Origin: Macrostomum lignano
Taxonomy: Eukaryota
DNA: 64,000 nt
Assembly (NCBI GenBank): GCA_002269645.1
Contig: NIVC01001172.1
Span: 1-64,000 of the forward strand
Direction: 5' to 3'
The translations under genes and the position numbers were made by a program. This document shows positions 57,825 to 64,000 of this stretch, one piece after another; the stretch's first letter is position 1; each line of letters begins with the position of its first letter. The notes beneath the pieces were generated by a model that saw only the letters and a program-made list of their open reading frames with translations, was not told the DNA's origin and did not search any database.

Positions 57825-57913
57825 CAGGTGCGGATCCAGAAAATTTTGAACGGGGGGCACAGATTTCTAAAGGTACATGTACACATATATATTGTACAAT
57901 ATAAAGCTACCCG

Positions 57914-57955
<42 letters not shown>

Positions 57956-58034
57956 TTTTCCATATAAAAATATAAAAAAATCTAACTTAACGGGGGCGCG
58001 ACTGTGCGCCCCCCCCCCCCCTAAATCCGCTAGT
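57825..58034. mobile_element. Decayed MITE of the CAGGGGCGGATCCAG...CTAAATCCGC type with internal (TA)n
   Basis: Termini CAGGTGCGGATCCAG and CCCCCTAAATCCGCTAG; no intact TSD. Confidence 0.6.
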
Positions 58035-59374
58035 CGCTATACTGAGTGCTTAATTTGGTGTTTTGCCCTTTTACTTTTAATTGGCGTCTCTGATCGACAT
58101 TCCGAGTCTGCCAGACAGTCTGATGCTGCCACCGGATGTGCCATTGCCGGCAGCAAAGAGTTTCAGCCTGGCACGAGTCACCACAGCCGACATTGTCGGC
58201 TGATTTCCCATGCAAGAATGGCATTCTTGCACTCTTTTGCGTGCAGGAATGGATGTCTATGGTAAAATCTCACTGAAAAAGCATTAGGCGCAGAAATGCA
58301 TTCCTGCACGGTTTTGTGCATTCCTGCACGATGAATCATCCGACAATGGAATTCCTTCACGTTCACTCGTGCGTGAAGGACATCGTGCACTCGTGCGCTA
58401 GCGCGCACTCGTGCAGATGTCATTCCCGCACTCGTGACCGTGCAGGAATATATCATTGATACTCGTATTTCCGCATTGATTATACATGTATATTCCGGAA
58501 ATATATCATTCTTGCACGCTTCAATCAAACAAACACTACTTAAGAAACGGCCCATTCTCTGCCCGATATCGGGCTGGGCCATAGACGAAGCTGAAACAAT
58601 TATTTAAAACGTTAAAAGTGCAACATTATAAAGAGGACAACAGTAACGATTTAATAGTCTTGTGGTGCAACCCACACCGTCTTTACAGTACATAGGGTAG
58701 TGCAATGCCCAAGTGGCGTTCAGAGGTACTCACTTATAGGAAAAATAGAACACGGGATCCATTATTCTCTAGCACTGCAGTCGGCCGAACTCCATATATT
58801 AAAGTCCCTTTGTTCGCAGTCAACAAGCAGATACTTTTATAGGTCGCCCGCTCAACGCTAAAACCAGGCGATTGAAGTGGGACGTCGCTCGTGACTCGTT
58901 TAACGATTAGACCGCAGGCGGTGAAGAATCCATTGTCAGAGCATCGGACAGTTGACGCTTCTTCCCTGGCGAGATCCCTAGCATTCTCCACATCCAAAAT
59001 GGCGCTCGATCACTTCATCACTTGTTAGCTCCCGGAGTTATTGTTGCTTCTCGCTTCAGCAGAAATTAAGATCGTTTACTAAAGCATCCAACAGGCCGTT
59101 GTCGAGTCTTGCTGATCCAATTCCAGGCACAGGCAAGCCTGTGTACTGATTGAACATTCGCCCACGGCCACGGAGTTGGCATACAAAGTCGATTTCTTCA
59201 CGCTGCAACCCAGAAATCTCGCCACCTTCTATACAGGAGTAGTCTATCATGTTCTCAGAACGCTCGGGTCAGGAGTTAATTATTTAATTTTAATAAAAAG
59301 TTAGACTAATTATTATTTTGTCAGTCGCTCTTTAAGGCTCAGAACTAAAATGAAATACAGTTTGGATTTTGTGC

Positions 59375-59740
59375 CATAGACAAGTTCCATTTTCTTGCGG
59401 GCCGAGAATCAGGACTTGCACTGAACTTAGACTGAAGCGAATGCAGTTTGACTCGCGGGCCGAAGAATGCATCTTCGTGCACGCTGACCCAAACTGATTG
59501 TTGCATGATTCAAATATCTATGGTCCAAACGCCTTCAAAATCATACAATATCGGTGAAGAACGGCTACGATCGTGTACCAAATGTACAGAGCTGCGCGCC
59601 CTCGGTCAAAACATTGGTGCACTTGTATCCGCGTTCTTACTGTTACATTTGGCAGACATCCCTGTTCAACTGGGCCAAACGAACTTGTGGCCACGGTGCC
59701 GCATGCTGCGGCTGATTGGGGGTGGGCGACCCAGTAAAAA
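59375..59740 (-). mobile_element. Heavily degenerate Gypsy-type LTR retrotransposon integrase fragment
   Basis: Minus-strand frameshifted remnants in integrase order: KFVWPS.NRDV (cf. RFVWPSMNKDI), TSAP..P.AR...VHL, WVS..., PQENG(L)V (cf. HPQANGLVE). Confidence 0.55.
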
Positions 59741-60128
59741 GGGTAGTCGGAATTCGATTGGAATCTGATCGGAATTTAATCGGCAGTCGAAATTTGCCGG
59801 AAAAGGTTTAAACAGCAATATTTTGTTTCATAATACGTTACTATGATAATAAGCGTAATTCAAGAAAATTTTTCTTTTCGTAAGCGTAAGAAAAATTTTT
59901 TCGAGCAATAGTGGGGCCGCGGGACCGACGCCCGCTGCTAAGTGCTGCGCCGACCGGTGTCCCCCCGAAGCGTCGACGATGGGGCGCGTTCGGCCGCGGC
60001 CCGTTGTTTCAGCAATTATTGATGGATCAGGCAAAATAAGCCGACAATCGAAGAGGCCACTACAAAGTAAAGTATTTACTGCATTTTAGCACCGACGTAT
60101 CGATCGCAAGTAAAATTTTCGATATACG

Positions 60129-60265
60129 GGCCGCTTGTAGCCTACAGCAGCATGGTCTAGAGCGTCGGACTCACGGCTTAAAGGTCGGGGTTCGATTCAA
60201 TTGACCCACTCGGAACAATTTGTATCCTATTGAGCAATTAACTCTGCGCATTGCTTCAGTTCACC
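60129..60265 (+). mobile_element. tRNA-derived SINE remnant
   Basis: tggtctagagcgtcggactcacggcttaaaggtcggggttcgattc (A/B-box tRNA-like head) followed by ttgagcaattaactc...cattgcttcagttcaccc; no complete cloverleaf. Confidence 0.6.
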
Positions 60266-60656
60266 CGGTTCTACGACAATTGTCTGCGGCGACAACTGCC
60301 TGCGGCGAAAACTGCCTGCACGAAAACTGCCTGCGGCGACTGCTGACTGTGAAGACAAATGACTGCTAGCTGAGCTTGTTTAACAACTCAGAGCGTGACG
60401 TCATAGTTATTAGTAATGAGAAGAAAATAAAATACCAAACAGTGAAATAAAACCAGGTTTTAGTGTAATGAATTAATTTAAAAGTATAAAGTTAGTATAT
60501 TAATATTAATATATATTAATGTTAGTATAAATATATATTTAACTGCACATGTGAAACTAAATCGACAGAAGCTATTTGCTACTACTGCAGTGCATTGGCT
60601 CACATAGTTATTAACTTGAGAAAAAGCAGTTGTCGCCGCAGGCAGTTGTGCTACCG
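60266..60656. mobile_element. ~390-bp MITE with CGGT...ACCG termini and sub-terminal tandem repeats
   Basis: Left arm CTGCGGCGACAACTGC repeats versus right arm GCAGTTGTCGCCGCAGGCAGTTGTGCTACCG. Confidence 0.75.
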
Positions 60657-61789
60657 ACTGAACAGCCTTTAAAAGAGGCGCCGCGCAATACTCGTAGCTA
60701 TGGCTGAGCTGTCGGTTGCACAGCCCATTAGTGTGCAGGTGTAACCTAAATTTATAACCAATGCTTGCAAAGATGAAGTCAACACTAGAAGTTCATGCAG
60801 ACTGTACGTATATAATGAGTTAATGATCCGTCGTTGTTTTCACAATATACATGTGCATACCCTGTATACATGTACATACCAATATGTTCATGAAAACTTC
60901 CAATGCAATATTTAGTTAAATTAAAACATGCAAAATTTTATATAAATGTTACGACCGCTTCTGGTAACTACATGTTGATTAGACATAAAGCCATTATCTA
61001 ATTTATCATTGACCTTAAAAAATCCGCACTGTTCTGCAGTTTGCGTAACATGGTTTGAATGCGCTTATAGTTTTAAATTTAAACTCAAGAATTATGGGCT
61101 GTCTAATATTGTGTTCAACTATGTTAAAATACAAAGTAGATATAGAATACCTGCAAGGCTTATGAGCCTAATATCTTATCTCGTTGCTACCTAAGCCAAA
61201 AACGTTCTTTGCGAAACCGCCGTGCCACCATAAGGGACGCCGAACTGTAGTGAGAGCTGGAAAAAGCAACGAATACTTGAGTCAGGTAGTTTTCTGGAGC
61301 ACACACTACCCATTGCACAGACTGCGTCGAGCGAATTACTATAACTCCTGCAGTGTACAATCTCTCTATAGCTTAAGAAAACTGAAAAAGCACACATACT
61401 GGCAGTTTTATGCAATTTAACCGGTAAGAGACCCTGCACGGTTCAAAGTTTCAGTTCACACAAACCGACTGGCTGTCCCCAAAGAATGAAATTCTGCAAT
61501 GCAGTCTTTTAGGCCAGGCCGCCAGGCTATGAGTGTGACGCACGCAAGCCAGTGTGAATGATATAAAAAATTCTCTCGATTCTAAGTCCATGCAGCCACT
61601 CGGCCAGCCGAAATGAGTTAGTCGTACGCAAGCGAGAGCTAGTTAAGAGAGGGTAAAGAATCCAAGCCAAGAGCCAAATGAAACTTGTCACTGCGATAAC
61701 ACATCCGTTCTGCATTGCAATACAGACTGCTTGTAGCCACAATTTAAATTACACAACATATGCTAGAAAACGATGCACTGTTCTAAATG

Positions 61790-62050
61790 GGGCGGATTAG
61801 GGGGAGCGATTCTCAGGGGCGGATTTGGAGCGATTCTAAGGGGCGGATTTGGAGCGATTCTCAGGGGGCTAGGAGCGATTCTCAGGGGCGGGCTAGGAGC
61901 GATTCTCAGGAGTGGATTAGGAGCGATTCTCAGGGGTGGATTAGGAGCGATTCTCAGGGGTGGATTAGGAGCGATTCTCAGGGGTGGATTAGGAGCGATT
62001 CTCAGGGGCGGATAAGAGTAGTTCTCAGGGGTGGGTTAGGAGCGACTTTC
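61790..62050. repeat. 24-bp minisatellite (GGAGCGATTCTCAGGGG(C/T)GGATTA)n, about 10 copies
   Basis: Direct reading. Confidence 0.94.
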
Positions 62051-63096
62051 AAGGGTGAATTAGAATCAGATTGAGATAGGAAAATCTGATTTAGGAAAGA
62101 GTTAACAGATAGAACGTGCTAATTCATCGGAAGCAATAAAAATAAGAAACGCTAGCAACAATGTCAATAATTTCATATTTCTATCGCAGACCAAAACTGC
62201 GAAAAAGGATGTTTTTACTAAATTGTTATGAGAAATTTTTTATTTGATTAATTTATTAACTATTAGCCTTCCGAAATAATAACACTAATTTTAGCCATTT
62301 GCACTGTCTCAATGCCGTGCTGTGTTGATTTATTAAACTGGGCCTAGATAATTCCAGCTCGACAAAGTTGTTTTGCCTTGCATTATACAGTCGGCAGTGA
62401 ATGATTCCGAACACGCATTTCATTGACTCGAAAGTTCACCCCAGCGCAGCAAGAGTTTCTCGAAAAACGGTAGCCAGAAAATTGAGGTTCCGTTTGTAGC
62501 GCAGAACACAAAACCGATCAGTTAGTTGTTATTACTATAGCATTTAATTAATTCCTCTAAATTTTGAAACCAACTACAAAGCAAAACTACTAAACACAAT
62601 TCTGAAGCTAAAATAAATGAGACAGAAACAGTAGAGTGCAAATTCTTTTGCTTCAAACAGATTGACAGTTTTTGGTGGACTAAGATTCTGTGGGAATATT
62701 ATTAGTAGAATAAATTGATAAATAAAATTATAGATAGGGGAAATGAAAACTTCTGTTTGTGAACCCCAAAGACAGACTGCCGGCGGGTAACAGAAAGTTA
62801 GGAGGCTTGAGGAGGGAGAGGGGATGCAAACAAAAACGCGCACATTTCTAAGGACTACTGCTAGTATAATTAGTTTAGACAATATTATAGTTTATTATAG
62901 CTATGTCCGTGTCAGTAGAAAAATTGTTGCATTTTTTGGTTCATGTTTCTCTTTTTAAGAGCCTATATTTAGCATTTAGAAATTCTCTCCTAGTCTGGTG
63001 ACAAATTAGGAGATACGAAAATAGGAGATATCATATTCGAACGCAGTTAGGAGGGGAGGCGACATTGTACTACTGTTGGTGTTATGCTAAACAATT

Positions 63097-63102
63097 TTTA
63101 TT
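63097..63102 (-). terminator. Candidate polyadenylation signal (AATAAA) of the ANT gene
   Basis: AATAAA on the minus strand about 95 nt downstream of the stop codon. Confidence 0.45.
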
Positions 63103-63197
63103 AATATATTCTGTCCGACATAAGAGCCGCAGATCCTAATTGTAATCCGGGTGCCGTCAATTAATGTCCCACATCAATAAGTTCTGGTTGTTATTAT

Positions 63198-64000
63198 TTA
63201 ATTCTTGGGCTTCTTGGGCAAGCGGAAGGACACGTAGATCTCCTTGAACTTGTCGAAGCCAGCCAGCACACCGGCGCCAGCCACACCGCGGAGAATGTTG
63301 GCTCCGGCTCCCTTCATCATGCTCATGAAGCCTTCGGTCTTCACGATCTGCACGGCGCAGTCGACGCTGCCCTTGTACTTGACAGCCTGGCCACTGGTCA
63401 TCATCATACGCCTACGGATGGTGTCAACCGGGTAGGAGATCAGGCCGGCCGTGATGGTGACGGTGTAGCCAAGAACGAAGCTCAGAGCCACGCCGGCGTT
63501 CTCACCCAGCACGATGGGCTTCAGGGTGTCGTACAGGCCAAAGTAGAAGCCGCGGTAGACCATGATGCCAACGCAGGAGATGACGAAGCCGCGGTACAGG
63601 CCAACGATGCCGTCAGAGGCCAGAGTCTTTTTGTAGACGTCCAGCAGACCATTGAACTGACGCTCACCGGCACCCTTCTTAGCGGACTTGGTGTCGTTGG
63701 CCAGGCGGGTACGGGCATAGTCAAGCGAGTAGACGAAGCAGAGCGACATGGCTCCGGCGGCGCCGCCGCTGGCGATGTTCTTTCCAAAGGACACCATGTA
63801 GGAGTCAGTCTTGGACGGATTGAAGGTGGCCTTAATCTTGTCCTTGAAAGCGAAGTTAAGCGCCTGAGTTGGGAAGTACCGGATGCAGTTAGCCAGGTTG
63901 CCGCGCCAGAACGGCAGGAGGCCCTCGTTGCGGAAGGTGCGCACCGTGCAGTCGATGACGCCGGTGTATGGCTTGTCCAGACGGCCAGTCTTGATCATCT
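63198..64000 (-). CDS. ANT: Mitochondrial ADP/ATP translocase (SLC25A4/5/6 family), 5' end outside window
   Basis: Uninterrupted ORF with [43 protein letters not shown] and the signature RRRMMM. Confidence 0.98.
   Translation of the reverse strand, partial: MIKTGRLDKPYTGVIDCTVRTFRNEGLLPFWRGNLANCIRYFPTQALNFAFKDKIKATFNPSKTDSYMVSFGKNIASGGAAGAMSLCFVYSLDYARTRLANDTKSAKKGAGERQFNGLLDVYKKTLASDGIVGLYRGFVISCVGIMVYRGFYFGLYDTLKPIVLGENAGVALSFVLGYTVTITAGLISYPVDTIRRRMMMTSGQAVKYKGSVDCAVQIVKTEGFMSMMKGAGANILRGVAGAGVLAGFDKFKEIYVSFRLPKKPKN

Noticed and set aside
58675-58695. Spliced-leader RNA gene (GTAAAGACGGT on the minus strand resembles a flatworm SL 5' end as I recall it)
   Set aside because: About 11-nt match only; no rest of leader, donor or Sm site
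58700-59260. ORFs 58734-58997 and 59056-59250; possible Tc1 transposase remnant on the plus strand
   Set aside because: Weak hints (RPLNAKTRRLKW) but no DDE motifs recognised
60150-60200. tRNA gene
   Set aside because: A/B-box-like head only; no acceptor stem closure, and it continues into SINE-like body sequence

Overview
Eukaryotic (metazoan) genomic DNA, not prokaryotic. It has spliced GC-rich exons separated by introns filled with micro- and minisatellites and small DNA transposons. This style resembles the free-living flatworm Macrostomum, but that is an inference, not a sequence match. Eight protein-coding genes were reconstructed by hand from splice sites and phase continuity: (1) 3' part of a large cadherin/protocadherin (+, many 1-bp indels); (2) a 2-PDZ LNX/Slip1-like protein (+); (3) PRPF18 (-); (4) DEF8-like C1 + Rubicon-homology protein (+, one GC-AG intron); (5) a DUF4773-like membrane-anchored protein (-); (6) NPDC1/cab-1 (+); (7) RPIA (-); (8) 3' part of an ADP/ATP translocase (-). 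Most long ORFs in the supplied track are artefacts of tandem repeats. There is no CRISPR array, rRNA or intact tRNA, and I found no clearly new multi-gene system. The most interesting observations are: an upstream signal-peptide exon plus Cys-rich exon that appears to give NPDC1 a second N-terminus; a TIR element whose 8-bp TSD duplicates the PRPF18 branch point; a 45-bp hAT-type micro-element with perfect TSD; a competing out-of-frame donor in PRPF18; and evidence that many intronic minisatellites grew out of MITE ends or splice-site sequence. Repeat boundaries are approximate (about +/-20 bp); exon coordinates were counted by hand.
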